This document shows, one piece after another, positions 49,091-59,224 of a stretch of 64,000 bases of DNA. Source of the DNA: Bermanella sp. (lineage in GTDB: Bacteria; Pseudomonadota; Gammaproteobacteria; Pseudomonadales; Oceanobacteraceae). The position numbers and the translations under genes were made by a program. The notes under the pieces were generated by a model that did not search any database, was not told the DNA's origin, and worked only from the letters and a program-made list of their open reading frames with translations. The stretch is from assembly GCA_029938135.1 (NCBI GenBank), contig JAPYOO010000001.1:1638-65637 (forward strand), given 5' to 3'. The number at the start of each line of letters is the position of its first letter. The first letter of the stretch is position 1.

Positions 49091-49803
49091 AAACCTTTAC
49101 TATTTTAAGCCTGTTAATAGGCCACCTTTTTTTAGCCAGCCCGTCCTACAGTGAAGAGAGGGTGAAAAAATCCCGCTGGTACCAAGTGAATCTGACCTTT
49201 TTCCAACAAAAGCCAGACTCCAGCCTAAATGAAGCTTTTGCATTTGAAGAGCTAGAGCTAAAAATGTCTGACGCCCTAAAGCTTCACACAGACACTCAAT
49301 TCACAATCGCCAGTTCCGGTATGAATGCGGTTATGGCGTTACACCATGAAAATAGCAACGGAAAAGCCTTTATTGAACAAGATATCAGCGCAGATTGGGG
49401 CTCTATCATTAATAAACTAGACCCTGTCAATCAACCCATATTACACAATGTTCAATGGGTACAGCCGGTTTACGGAGAGCAACACAGTATTCCCGTATAT
49501 TTTGAAAGCTCTAGCCAAGCCCTAGGACAGCCAAAATTAAAAGGGGTCATTGAATTACACGTATCAAGATACCTACACAGTAATATTCAACTTCAATATA
49601 TCCCGAAACAAGCACGCAGCCTAAATGAAACTATTAGCCTTCAACAAAGACGCCGTATGCGCAGTAAAGAAATCCATTACTTAGACCACCCTTATGTGGC
49701 CGCCCTTATACGTATTATTCCGGTTGAGCACCCTTTAGATGAAACAATTGAAGAGGATGCGCTCGAGACGCAACCTCAATCTGTATTGAATGAAAGAATT
49801 TAG
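49087..49803 (+). CDS. csiV: CsiV family peptidoglycan-binding protein
   Basis: RWYQV, LHVSRYLH, RRMRSKEIHYLDHP. ATGA overlap with mfd. Confidence 0.8.
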   Translation: MKTFTILSLLIGHLFLASPSYSEERVKKSRWYQVNLTFFQQKPDSSLNEAFAFEELELKMSDALKLHTDTQFTIASSGMNAVMALHHENSNGKAFIEQDISADWGSIINKLDPVNQPILHNVQWVQPVYGEQHSIPVYFESSSQALGQPKLKGVIELHVSRYLHSNIQLQYIPKQARSLNETISLQQRRRMRSKEIHYLDHPYVAALIRIIPVEHPLDETIEEDALETQPQSVLNERI

Positions 49804-49842
49804 AATTCATAAAACATTACAAGGAAGTAATGAACACCCATA

Positions 49843-50601
49843 TCAACTAACATCAGCCTGACTTAAAAAGGCTGAAATAATGCGCTGCACTTTTTTTACA
49901 CCTCCCTCCAGCGCCTTATAAATATCATCCATGGTAATTACAGACTCGCTTTTGCCAGCCGCCCTATTCACGACCAAAGTGAGACAAGCATAGGGGATAC
50001 CTAATTCACGCGCCAAAACTGCCTCTGGCATTCCCGTCATCCCCACCACAGTACAACCGTCTCTTTCCAGTCGCAATATTTCAGCCGCCGTCTCTAATCT
50101 TGGGCCCTGAGTCGCGCCGTATACCCCCCCCATTTGCACCAACTCATCTATTTCATTGGCCGCCTTAAAAAGTGCAGCGCTTAAATGCGCATCATACGGA
50201 TAGCTAAAGTCCACATGATCTAACGGCTTAAACACACCATCAAAATAAGTATCTTCACGAGCAAATGTATAATCGATAATTTGGTCCGGTATACAAATAG
50301 CTTCAGCGCCCATGGCAGGTGTAATTCCACCCACTGCGTTTACCGCGATAATGTGTGTCACACCCACTTGCTGCAACGCCAACATATTAGCCCGGTAATT
50401 AATTTTATTAGGCGGGAATTTATGGGGATGACCATGACGAGCAATAAACACCACTGGCTGCCCATGTAACGATGCAAAAATCAATGGCGCGCTGGGTGCC
50501 CCCAAGGGAGTATCAATTAACTCCTCACGCTCTATCTCAAGGCCTGGATACTGGGTTAAACCGGTGCCGCCAATTATAGCGGTCAATGTTTTAGGACGCA
50601 T
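49843..50601 (-). CDS. S-methyl-5'-thioinosine phosphorylase (PNP/MTAP family)
   Basis: AIIGGTGL, ARHGHPH..PP.KINYRAN, GPRLETAAEI, GMTGMPEAVLAREL, VVNRAAG (Asn at the specificity position). Confidence 0.85.
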   Translation of the reverse strand: MRPKTLTAIIGGTGLTQYPGLEIEREELIDTPLGAPSAPLIFASLHGQPVVFIARHGHPHKFPPNKINYRANMLALQQVGVTHIIAVNAVGGITPAMGAEAICIPDQIIDYTFAREDTYFDGVFKPLDHVDFSYPYDAHLSAALFKAANEIDELVQMGGVYGATQGPRLETAAEILRLERDGCTVVGMTGMPEAVLARELGIPYACLTLVVNRAAGKSESVITMDDIYKALEGGVKKVQRIISAFLSQADVS

Positions 50602-50610
50602 ACACTCTCT

Positions 50611-51699
50611 TTAATTTTTTACGGTATCAGCTACCAATGGCCCAGGTGTTTCGAGATACACACTGTGACTTGGGAACGCTATTTCGGCATTGTGCTTCAG
50701 TATAATTTGACCCACTTCCATCAAGATATCTTGCTTGATTCGATGGAATGTTTGCCAGTGGGTAGTATGAGTAAAACAATAAATAAAGAACTCCAAGGAC
50801 GAGTCCGCAAATCGATTAAAATTCACCATTAACGTCTGATCACTGTCGATATCATCATGTTCTTTCAGCATACGCTCAATATCTTTACAAATTTCTTTTA
50901 CTTGAGAAAAATCGTTATAACGCACCCCAATGCTTTCATAAATACGTCGATGACTCATGCGCTGTGGATTTTCAATGCTTATTTGAGTAAAAACGGCATT
51001 AGGTACATACAATGGACGATTGTCAAAGGTACGAATTTGCGTTACTCGCCAACCTATATTTTCAACGGTACCCTCAATATTTTGATCAGGGCTGCGTATC
51101 CAGTCCCCTACTTTAAAAGGCTTGTCTAAAAACACCATCAAGCCGCCAAAAAAGTTGGCTAATAAGTCTTTTGCAGCAAACGCAATGGCTGCCCCGCCAA
51201 CACCACCAAATGCTATAACGCCACTAATGGAAATACCCAGCGTTTGAAAAACCACCAAAAGCGTCAACACAACCACCGAAATACGCAGTAATTTAAAGAT
51301 AATACCAATCGTGGTTTTATCGGACTTAGTTTCCACCACCCCTTTTAATATTTGATTTTCACGGATCCTTATAAGTCGCAATACAAACCAAGAAAACAGG
51401 CCCGCAAAAGGCAGTGCAACCGTATTAGAGCTTTGCGGTAAAAGGTTTAAATCAAAACGAGCCTGCAGAATACTCAATACAATTAAAATCATAGATAATA
51501 AAATGCCGTAATTAACAGGCTTCTCTAGCGCACCGATAACCGCATCATCAAATAAGTTACGAGTATGAGCCGCCTTAACTTTTAACTTATTTATTAACCC
51601 TTGCGCTAGCCCGTAAATCACTAGGCCCAATATAAATACCACCAGCGACTTTATCCACCACACATCTAGCCATTGAGAAATTTGGCTCAAATCGATCAT
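50611..51699 (-). CDS. MscS family mechanosensitive channel (YnaI-like)
   Basis: GGVGGAAIAFAAKDLLANFFGG, PFKVGDWI, IGWRVT.IR, VPN, F..SSL. Confidence 0.9.
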   Translation of the reverse strand: MIDLSQISQWLDVWWIKSLVVFILGLVIYGLAQGLINKLKVKAAHTRNLFDDAVIGALEKPVNYGILLSMILIVLSILQARFDLNLLPQSSNTVALPFAGLFSWFVLRLIRIRENQILKGVVETKSDKTTIGIIFKLLRISVVVLTLLVVFQTLGISISGVIAFGGVGGAAIAFAAKDLLANFFGGLMVFLDKPFKVGDWIRSPDQNIEGTVENIGWRVTQIRTFDNRPLYVPNAVFTQISIENPQRMSHRRIYESIGVRYNDFSQVKEICKDIERMLKEHDDIDSDQTLMVNFNRFADSSLEFFIYCFTHTTHWQTFHRIKQDILMEVGQIILKHNAEIAFPSHSVYLETPGPLVADTVKN

Positions 51700-52703
51700 G
51701 CTATTAACTCCAACTCACTTAAAGATTTTTTGGCCTGCAAATAACGTTTTTCCATTAAAGGATCCGATACTGGTGCCTTAGGTATATATTGAGTTAATGC
51801 CATAGGGGTGACACCTTCTTTTTCCATGCCTGCCAGTATCTCTATGGAGGCCGCACTTGAATTACAGGCCAATAAAATATCACAACCCGCGTCCATGGCC
51901 GCTTTACCACGCTGCCAAAAGTTGCCTTTCACAGCCGCTCCCGCCATAGACAAATCATCACTGACAATGCGCCCTTTATATCCCATTGATTGCCTTAAAA
52001 TATCCTGCAACCAAATTCGTGAAAAACCAGCAGGTTCGTTGTCTACTTGGCTATACACCACATGGGCAGGCATCATCCAATCGATATACGGCAATATTTT
52101 TTTAAAAGGCTGCATATCTAAGGACTGAATTTTATCTAATGTACGGTCATCTACGGGGCACGCTACATGACTGTCTAAGTTCACCCAGCCGTGACCTGGA
52201 AAATGCTTACCCACGACGGCAAAGTCCATTTCTTTAAGGCCTTGTGAAAAATGCTCGGCTAACTCATTAATAACATCAGGCTCAATAGAAAACCCACGAT
52301 CTCCTATGACCTGGTTACGGCCGTAATCTATATCTAATACCGGGGCGTAAGTAAGATGAATACCCACCGACATTAACTCACTGGCTAATACAACGGCGCA
52401 TTGCTTGGCAGCTTTTCTAGCAGCCTCTGGTGCGGTTTTATATAACGCTCCAAGCTTGCCCATAGCTGGTACAAGCGTGAAACCGTTACGAAAACGCTGC
52501 ACCCTACCACCCTCGTGATCAACCGTTATAATAAGGCTAGGGTTGATATGGGTAATTTTTTGAGTAAGGGATTTTAACTGCTCAATGCCCTCAAAATGAC
52601 GGGTAAATAGAATAACCCCCCCCAAATATTTATTGGTTAGCATTTGCTCTTCAAGCGCCGTTAACTCTGGGCCTTGGATGTCTGTGATAAAAGTTGCTAG
52701 CAC
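51696..52703 (-). CDS. nagZ: Beta-N-acetylhexosaminidase
   Basis: GGVILFTR, VDHEGGRVQRFR, KHFPGHG...DSH, SDDLSMAGA. Confidence 0.95.
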   Translation of the reverse strand: MLATFITDIQGPELTALEEQMLTNKYLGGVILFTRHFEGIEQLKSLTQKITHINPSLIITVDHEGGRVQRFRNGFTLVPAMGKLGALYKTAPEAARKAAKQCAVVLASELMSVGIHLTYAPVLDIDYGRNQVIGDRGFSIEPDVINELAEHFSQGLKEMDFAVVGKHFPGHGWVNLDSHVACPVDDRTLDKIQSLDMQPFKKILPYIDWMMPAHVVYSQVDNEPAGFSRIWLQDILRQSMGYKGRIVSDDLSMAGAAVKGNFWQRGKAAMDAGCDILLACNSSAASIEILAGMEKEGVTPMALTQYIPKAPVSDPLMEKRYLQAKKSLSELELIA

Positions 52704-52757
52704 GGTAAGTCGCCATTCAATATTTTAATAGGGAGTAATATTTTAATGTTGAGATTA

Positions 52758-53237
52758 TTAAGCGGTAATGGTCACAGAAGTGCTTATTGCAACCCAGTCA
52801 AACAATTCAAGCACATCGCTATTACGCATACGAATACAGCCATGACTCTTCGCTACCCCCATAGGTTCGGAATCTGGGGTGCCGTGAATATAAATATAGC
52901 GCGCCATGGAGTCTACATCACCCAAGCGGTTTAAACCCACTTGCTGTCCACATAACCATAAAATGCGCGTTAATATCCAATCTCTTGCAGGATATTTTTT
53001 AGCCAAGCTATCATCATACACCTCACCTGTATTGCGCCTACCTACAAACACCGTATTAGACACGCAATCATGGCCGATTTTAGCCCGTATGTAATGGCGA
53101 CCTAGAGGGGTTTGACCAGAGCCTTGCTGCTGCCCAGTACCATTCAAAGCGGAAGATATTGAGAATTGCTTAACGACAAGGCTGTCAACATGTAAAGACA
53201 GGGTTTGATCACTGATACTTATGTGCACTGAACGCAC
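52758..53237 (-). CDS. Signal-less YkuD-domain protein (ElsL-like L,D-carboxypeptidase or L,D-transpeptidase)
   Basis: TPLG.H, RDWILTRILWL, IYIHGTP....G..KSHGCIRM (catalytic His/Cys). No signal peptide. Confidence 0.8.
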   Translation of the reverse strand: MRSVHISISDQTLSLHVDSLVVKQFSISSALNGTGQQQGSGQTPLGRHYIRAKIGHDCVSNTVFVGRRNTGEVYDDSLAKKYPARDWILTRILWLCGQQVGLNRLGDVDSMARYIYIHGTPDSEPMGVAKSHGCIRMRNSDVLELFDWVAISTSVTITA

Positions 53238-53306
53238 AGCACTTCCTTAAAATAGCTTTTATAACAAGCTACTTTATAAGGATATTAGAATCAAAGAAAG
53301 GAAATT

Positions 53307-53948
53307 TTATAAACCCGATTTAGCGCGAACACCCGCACCCAAGAAAGGCATTAACATGGCGATCACATCTTCTTCGGTACAAGGGGCATTAAAGTCGTGT
53401 TCGAATATAGCGCGTAAATGCTCCATGTTCGACAAGGTAAACGCGGCTGCGCCTAACATGAAGTGAATACGCCAAAACCGCTCTTCAGCCTTTAGCTCTG
53501 GCGTGGCTTTAGTAATTAACTCCATGACTCTGCGCGATACGGCTCGGTATTCGTTTTGCAAAAACTTGCGTAAGTGGCCCTGCCCCTGATTATATGCCAA
53601 ACCCAATAGACGCATAAAAATCGCTAAACGGCGGCGATCTCCTTCGCTTACTTTGGATATGGCTCGGGAAACAAATTTAAGAATTTCTTCCACCGACAAA
53701 ATGTCATCCGGATACCTTTTTTCATGCACATCAAGACTTGACTCGATCATTTGATAAAAAGGCGTAAAGAAGCGAGCAAACACGGCTTGGATTAACGATT
53801 TTTTAGAACCGAAATGGTAATTAACAGCAGCCAAATTTACTTCAGCCTGAGCAGTAATACTGCGCAAGGAAGTTTCGGCGAAACCACGCTCTGCAAAGAG
53901 GGATTCTGCTGAATCTAGAATTCGGGAAACGGTGTCACTGTGAGTCAT
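53307..53948 (-). CDS. psrA: TetR-family regulator PsrA
   Basis: RILDSAE.LFAERGFAETSLR.IT..AEVNLAAVNYHFGSKK, QGHLRK, FWRIHFMLG. Syntenic position and cognate boxes. Confidence 0.9.
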   Translation of the reverse strand: MTHSDTVSRILDSAESLFAERGFAETSLRSITAQAEVNLAAVNYHFGSKKSLIQAVFARFFTPFYQMIESSLDVHEKRYPDDILSVEEILKFVSRAISKVSEGDRRRLAIFMRLLGLAYNQGQGHLRKFLQNEYRAVSRRVMELITKATPELKAEERFWRIHFMLGAAAFTLSNMEHLRAIFEHDFNAPCTEEDVIAMLMPFLGAGVRAKSGL

Positions 53949-53963
53949 GAGTGCATCTTAATT

Positions 53964-54007
53964 CAAACGTCTGTTTCAAACATACGTTTAAGTGAAATTC
54001 ATGTCAA
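53964..54007 (-). promoter_or_regulatory. psrA sigma70 promoter with two overlapping PsrA boxes
   Basis: -35 TTGACA (54007-54002), 17-nt spacer, -10 TATGTT. Boxes CAAAC-GTCT-GTTTC (53964-53977) and CAAAC-ATAC-GTTTA (53977-53990) fit (G/C)AAAC-N4-GTTT(G/C). Confidence 0.8.
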
Positions 54008-54031
54008 GATATTAGACAAGGAAAGCACCCA

Positions 54032-54047
54032 GAACCCCAAGGGGTTC
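54032..54047 (-). terminator. Short hairpin after the outer-membrane gene of the MMPL cassette
   Basis: GAACCCC-AA-GGGGTTC with imperfect extension AAAGC...GCTTT. Confidence 0.35.
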
Positions 54048-54085
54048 AAGGCTTTACCTTAATCTACACCATTATAGTCGGTTTA

Positions 54086-55366
54086 TTAGAGATAGTAGGA
54101 GAGTGTGAGCTTTACGAAGTCTTCATCACGAAAGGCATATTGAGAAACATTGTCGCTGGAAGGCGCAAATACACGAGCCTCTATTGCCAGTGAAAGGCCA
54201 TCAAACAAGCGAGTATTACCCTCTAAACTTACGCTGTAATCTTGGTACTCGTAGTCATAAACCACACCTGCCAGCAAGGTTGAGTCGGCATCGTCATTTG
54301 CTGCCCAGCGAGTGGCCAGCAATACATCATGCTCAAAAGCACCAAAACCGGCTTTTTCTTGGCGAGAGTCGTAGATGTGCTCGGCTACCCAACCTAGATC
54401 GATACGGGTCTCCCAGATGCCTACCTGAGTGTATTCGAAGCCGGCAGCTGTGGCGAAATAGTGATCAGCTTCTACTATATCTAAATTTAATCCGGCACGA
54501 ACTCCTGAAAGATCTAAGCCATAATAGACATCCTCTGGCATACCGTCTCGAACGATACCTTCAAACTTCCAAGCCCAACCTTCATCCAAAAATTGCAACT
54601 CCACACCCACTTGTGAAATCACGGGATAATAAGCCTGCACAGCTGGCCCAGTTGCATCTAAGTATCCGCCAATCAACGGATCTCGACTAGTACCGTGGAA
54701 AACAGACACTGCATATTCCAACTCCTCCCAATAATGAGACCAACGAGCGGCCACATCCACATTAGATTCTTCATCGGAAGACTCGTATATTGCATCGGCA
54801 TAATCTAAACCAGCCGACAAACGAGCATCAGAACCTGCAGAAGTACGCTCTCTAAAATACGGCAAAACAAACAGATCTAAATTACCCCATTCACGCTCAA
54901 GCAATACCTGCACCATGGGTTGACCCAGTTTCTGCTCGCCATCGATGCCCTCGACCGAATCCGTTTGGTTAATAATATCCACCAAATGAGCTGATTCTGT
55001 GACGCCCCAAAACACCTTGCCCAGCCCTACTTTTAATTCGTATTCATCGCTCAGTTTATTCCACAACAACTCACGAATATCGCCATGACTGCGCTCTTCA
55101 TCCATCTCATCTTGGCGATAAAAGGGTTTAAAGCTTATGGATTGATCGCCACCATCCCAGGCTGAGAATACTTCTAATTCAAGACTGACTGAGTTATTAA
55201 TGCGCTGATCAATACCCGCTTGGATAGGGCTCGACCGTGCTTTATCATTAAAGAACCCAGACATTTCATAATCTACCTGGGTATCAAATGTAATGTCAGC
55301 GCCAGCATTAACCGCCGCCAGCATCAGCATAGGGGCCATTACAACAGCCGTTAATGTGTTTTTCAT
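54086..55366 (-). CDS. Predicted outer-membrane beta-barrel of the MMPL/LolA-like cassette
   Basis: Signal peptide, D.RELLW, GKVFWGVTE...LVDIINQ.D, C-terminal KLTLSYYL strand. Confidence 0.7.
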   Translation of the reverse strand: MKNTLTAVVMAPMLMLAAVNAGADITFDTQVDYEMSGFFNDKARSSPIQAGIDQRINNSVSLELEVFSAWDGGDQSISFKPFYRQDEMDEERSHGDIRELLWNKLSDEYELKVGLGKVFWGVTESAHLVDIINQTDSVEGIDGEQKLGQPMVQVLLEREWGNLDLFVLPYFRERTSAGSDARLSAGLDYADAIYESSDEESNVDVAARWSHYWEELEYAVSVFHGTSRDPLIGGYLDATGPAVQAYYPVISQVGVELQFLDEGWAWKFEGIVRDGMPEDVYYGLDLSGVRAGLNLDIVEADHYFATAAGFEYTQVGIWETRIDLGWVAEHIYDSRQEKAGFGAFEHDVLLATRWAANDDADSTLLAGVVYDYEYQDYSVSLEGNTRLFDGLSLAIEARVFAPSSDNVSQYAFRDEDFVKLTLSYYL

Positions 55367-55368
55367 TC

Positions 55369-56151
55369 TTAGCGCGCTCTCTTTAAGCTATTTTTTGTGA
55401 ACTCTTTAACTTTAAGCCCAACATTGAACGAATAGTCTTCATACACTAAGCGAGTCGACTTACCGGTTTGATGATTGGTCATGCTCATCAAATTTGGACG
55501 CCAAAATTTACCTAAATACTGCTTATAATCTTCATTTACTAAGGTTTTTAACAAACTCTTTTTACGGTCGTAAAATTCAATTTTAATGGAGCGGTATTCG
55601 GCCTTATCGATCCATACAATTTGCTTTGTATAACCTGAGTACTTATCTGTTGGGGTATTTTCAACCACAAAACAATCTAAACCGTTAAGCATTTCATCAC
55701 GCAAATACTTGTACGTGTATTTTTCAACTTCTTGCGAGCTAATGTCTTCAAATGCAAATTCACTGCCCACAAATGGACCCGATTTATTACGGCTTGATAT
55801 TTTTTTAACACGCTTTAATGCAGGTAAAAACAACCATTGGTCATCAGACTTCACCTTATGAGTAAACGTAAGCATGGCCACGCCTTTTTGATCTTTTGGT
55901 GTATCAAAAATCATTAAAGACTTATCGCCTTCGCCGCCCTTACCTTCCAAGCCTTTTACTCGCATATCGCGAGAAGATTCTCGGCCTTTTTTATCGGCTA
56001 ATATCATCTTTAACTTAACTTTGGAGTCGCCATAACCCTCACTGCGTTTATCTCCTTCAATAGCAATGGCTAAACCCTTCTCTTCTGGGGTTTGCCCCCA
56101 AGAAGATACGGCCATTAATACCAAGAAGGCACTGGTTATTATCTTTTTCAT
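55369..56151 (-). CDS. Outer membrane lipoprotein-sorting (LolA-like) protein
   Basis: Signal peptide, F..PKD.KG.A.L, DDQWLFLPALKRVKKI, F.GSEF.FED, IEFYDRK..LLKTL. Confidence 0.85.
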   Translation of the reverse strand: MKKIITSAFLVLMAVSSWGQTPEEKGLAIAIEGDKRSEGYGDSKVKLKMILADKKGRESSRDMRVKGLEGKGGEGDKSLMIFDTPKDQKGVAMLTFTHKVKSDDQWLFLPALKRVKKISSRNKSGPFVGSEFAFEDISSQEVEKYTYKYLRDEMLNGLDCFVVENTPTDKYSGYTKQIVWIDKAEYRSIKIEFYDRKKSLLKTLVNEDYKQYLGKFWRPNLMSMTNHQTGKSTRLVYEDYSFNVGLKVKEFTKNSLKRAR

Positions 56152-56178
56152 ATTTACACCTTTCTTTAACGTTAAAAT

Positions 56179-58473
56179 TTAAGCAGCAATTTTTTTCTTA
56201 TCTAACAGCAACAACAATGGCGGCAAGAAAAAGAAATCAACCAGTAGAGCCAGGGCTATCGTAATAGCACTCATCAAGCCCATCTCAGCATTTAGTGAAA
56301 ATGGTGATAGAGTCAACACCATAAAGCCCGCACACAATACCAGTGTGGTGGAACTTAATGCTACCCCCACCGTATGGAACGCATAGTTTACAGCGGCTTC
56401 GGAGCTTAAATTCATTTCTCGTTTGGCACGAATGTATTTACTTAGGAAGTGAATAGTATCATCCACCACTATGCCTAACGTTACCCCCATTACCACCGAC
56501 AAACTTAATCCCACCTGACCGTCATACATGGCCCAAATACCAAAACCCATTCCTGTGGGCACTAGATTTGGTACTAGGCTAATTAATCCCAAACGAACCG
56601 ATTTCAAAGCAATCATAATGATAAACGAAATCAAAAATAAGGCGGCAACCACACCACCAATCATGCTCTTAATGTTACGCTCGGTAATATGAGCAAACAT
56701 AACACTGGTACTGGCACCTTCTGTTGCCATGTAAGCCGGCGCATTCTCGTCCAACCATTTAGACGCTCGTTTATCCAACTCAATTATTTCAATTGAGGTT
56801 TTTTTATCTAGAGACACCATCATCCGTGTGGCTGATTTATCCGTATTTACCTGATTGGTAATATCCAATCCATACGGCAAAGATAATTCATACAACAACA
56901 TATATTGAGCCGCTAGCGCACGACTATCAGGCACACGATAAAATTCCTCGTTGTCAGAATTCATATTTTTATTCAAACGCTTCATCACGTCGCTAAAGCT
57001 GTTTACATGGCGAACTTCAGGCTGACTGCGTAAAAACTCGGCAAACGCATCTATGGTGGCCAGATATTCTGGATCCGCCACATTCATTTCCCCTCCAGCA
57101 CTTAAAGAGTAATTAACACTTTGCACACCGGTTAACGTTTCGGCTATTTTCTCAGTGTGTGATCTAAAGTCGATGCTCCAGTCAAAATATTCAATCGTAT
57201 TATCATCTAACGTATTAAGTGGCACTAACGACAACAGAAAAATAATGACTACAGACATACCCAATAGCAGACGCTTATGAAATCTCACTACAAAATCAGA
57301 TATATTTTGCATGCTTTTACTTTCACTGAATGAACCCGACACCTTTTTTGATGGTAATAACATCATTACCGAAGGTAAAAATATCATGGCCAAAGCGAAC
57401 GCAGCCAATACACCGATACAGACTATATTACCCAAGTCATGAAACGGTGGAGAATCAGAGAAATTTAAGGTTAAAAAGCCAATGGCTGTGGTAACACTGG
57501 TCAGCAGTACCGGCTGAAAATTAATCCGCATACTTTCGATCATGGCTTTTTGTTTGTGTAAACCACGACCAATTCCTTGATAATAGCTCATCAATATATG
57601 AATACAGTCGGCAATGGCTAACGTCATAATCATAACGGGCGCGGACAACGTGGTTGGTGTTACTGCGACTCCAGGCCAGCCAAATATCCCCATGGCCATT
57701 ACACTTGAAAAGATAACAATACTAAAGGTAGCCAGCGTGCCCCACATGCCTTTCAAAGAGAAGAACAAAAGAACCAAAATTACTAAGATCATCACAGGAT
57801 ATAGCTTTTTAATATCTTGCTGACTGGCTTCTGGAAACGCATTATTGGTCATAGTCACGCCCGTTAAATAAAAGCCAACACCTGGATAGGCTTCTTCATA
57901 CTTGGCGACCATCTCTCTTACGTAACCTACCACTTCAGGTACTTCTTTAGCTTGTTCAATGCCGGGTAAATTAATGGTTAAGTTGACACCCGCCGCTCCA
58001 CCATCAAAGGCTACTAGATTGCCGGCTAAAACAGGATCTTTTAACGCAATCCCCTTACGTTTCTCTATCTCGCTGTCACTTAAACTGGCCACCTCTTCAA
58101 ATAAAGGCGCCACGATAAGGTCATCCTCTTCTGAAAAGGTATATTGAAAATTTGTTATAGAATCAACACGACGACTGTAAGGTACCAACCAAGACTCTTC
58201 GGTTAATTCTTCAATTAAACCCAGTATTCTAGGCGTAAACACTTGGCCATCTTCTGGTACTAAAGCAATTAAAATATTGTCGACTTTATTGTATTGATCC
58301 TGAAGGTTTTCGAAGGACTGCAAATGGGGATTATCGTGACTAAAAAACGCTCGGTAATCGGCATTAAGCCGAATATTTTTTGCCCCATAACCGCTGGCCA
58401 TGACGACTAGCAAGGTCAATATTATTATCTTCCAGGGGTTTGTAACTAAAAAACCCGTTATTTTTTCATTCAT
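56179..58473 (-). CDS. MMPL/RND-family transporter
   Basis: Duplicated TM/periplasmic architecture, IADCIHI, TSVTTAIGFL, GIVVDDTIHF, DFFFLPPLL. Confidence 0.9.
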   Translation of the reverse strand: MNEKITGFLVTNPWKIIILTLLVVMASGYGAKNIRLNADYRAFFSHDNPHLQSFENLQDQYNKVDNILIALVPEDGQVFTPRILGLIEELTEESWLVPYSRRVDSITNFQYTFSEEDDLIVAPLFEEVASLSDSEIEKRKGIALKDPVLAGNLVAFDGGAAGVNLTINLPGIEQAKEVPEVVGYVREMVAKYEEAYPGVGFYLTGVTMTNNAFPEASQQDIKKLYPVMILVILVLLFFSLKGMWGTLATFSIVIFSSVMAMGIFGWPGVAVTPTTLSAPVMIMTLAIADCIHILMSYYQGIGRGLHKQKAMIESMRINFQPVLLTSVTTAIGFLTLNFSDSPPFHDLGNIVCIGVLAAFALAMIFLPSVMMLLPSKKVSGSFSESKSMQNISDFVVRFHKRLLLGMSVVIIFLLSLVPLNTLDDNTIEYFDWSIDFRSHTEKIAETLTGVQSVNYSLSAGGEMNVADPEYLATIDAFAEFLRSQPEVRHVNSFSDVMKRLNKNMNSDNEEFYRVPDSRALAAQYMLLYELSLPYGLDITNQVNTDKSATRMMVSLDKKTSIEIIELDKRASKWLDENAPAYMATEGASTSVMFAHITERNIKSMIGGVVAALFLISFIIMIALKSVRLGLISLVPNLVPTGMGFGIWAMYDGQVGLSLSVVMGVTLGIVVDDTIHFLSKYIRAKREMNLSSEAAVNYAFHTVGVALSSTTLVLCAGFMVLTLSPFSLNAEMGLMSAITIALALLVDFFFLPPLLLLLDKKKIAA

Positions 58474-59213
58474 GAGAGTCCCTCATTTTCATTTTTTTCC
58501 ATTTTAATTATTGTTTTTGCCTGAGCTTGCAACGAGGGCCAATCGTGGCATTTATCATCCAATTCAACACCCAGTCCATCTAGATATAAATGTAGACTGC
58601 GAAAAAAACACTGCTCTGGCTGGCTATAACCCATTTTTTCTAAATCCCACCCATTGGCCAATACATCCATCACACCCCACTGCATTGACCACCAACCAAA
58701 TGCCGCGTCTAATGTTTTTTGCTCACTAAAACCAGAGCCGTTGCCGAACATTGAGAGCACACGTTGCAACATGATGCCTTCGTTTTCTTCAAGCTTAAGG
58801 TTGTATTGCGCACTGACTTTTACTCTAAAATCCGCCGACTTAACCAGCCCAACTAAGCGGGCTACCTCGGGCTGCGACTGAGCATTTAAAAAAAATACGG
58901 TACTCACTAAGGTAATTTTATGTCTAAGACTAACACCGCTGAGCAAAGCACTTTCAATTAGGCTAACCAATCTTTGACTACTGGTGATCACCAATTGTGT
59001 AATCACATCCTCTTTGCAACCATAGTGTTGATAGATAGTGCCCTTTGAGTATTCGGTGTGATTGGCGATGGCCTGCATACTTAAGCCTTGTAGTCCGCCT
59101 TCTTCCAACAGCTGTCGCGCTACATCTAAGATCAGCAGGTCACGACTTTCAAGCTCTTGCGCTTTACGGTCCTTAGATTTTTTAAAGCCTGATATGAAGC
59201 ATTTATCCTTCAT
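58470..59213 (-). CDS. TetR/AcrR family transcriptional regulator
   Basis: LILDVAR.LL...G...LSMQAIA.HTEYSKGTIYQHY..KED. ATG 59213 follows AGAGG. ATGA overlap with the MMPL gene. Confidence 0.88.
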   Translation of the reverse strand: MKDKCFISGFKKSKDRKAQELESRDLLILDVARQLLEEGGLQGLSMQAIANHTEYSKGTIYQHYGCKEDVITQLVITSSQRLVSLIESALLSGVSLRHKITLVSTVFFLNAQSQPEVARLVGLVKSADFRVKVSAQYNLKLEENEGIMLQRVLSMFGNGSGFSEQKTLDAAFGWWSMQWGVMDVLANGWDLEKMGYSQPEQCFFRSLHLYLDGLGVELDDKCHDWPSLQAQAKTIIKMEKNENEGLS

Positions 59214-59224
59214 GGGCACCTCTT

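Noticed and set aside
54184-54690. 168-aa plus-strand ORF
   Set aside because: It lies entirely antisense to the OM barrel gene, has no motifs and has shadow-ORF composition.
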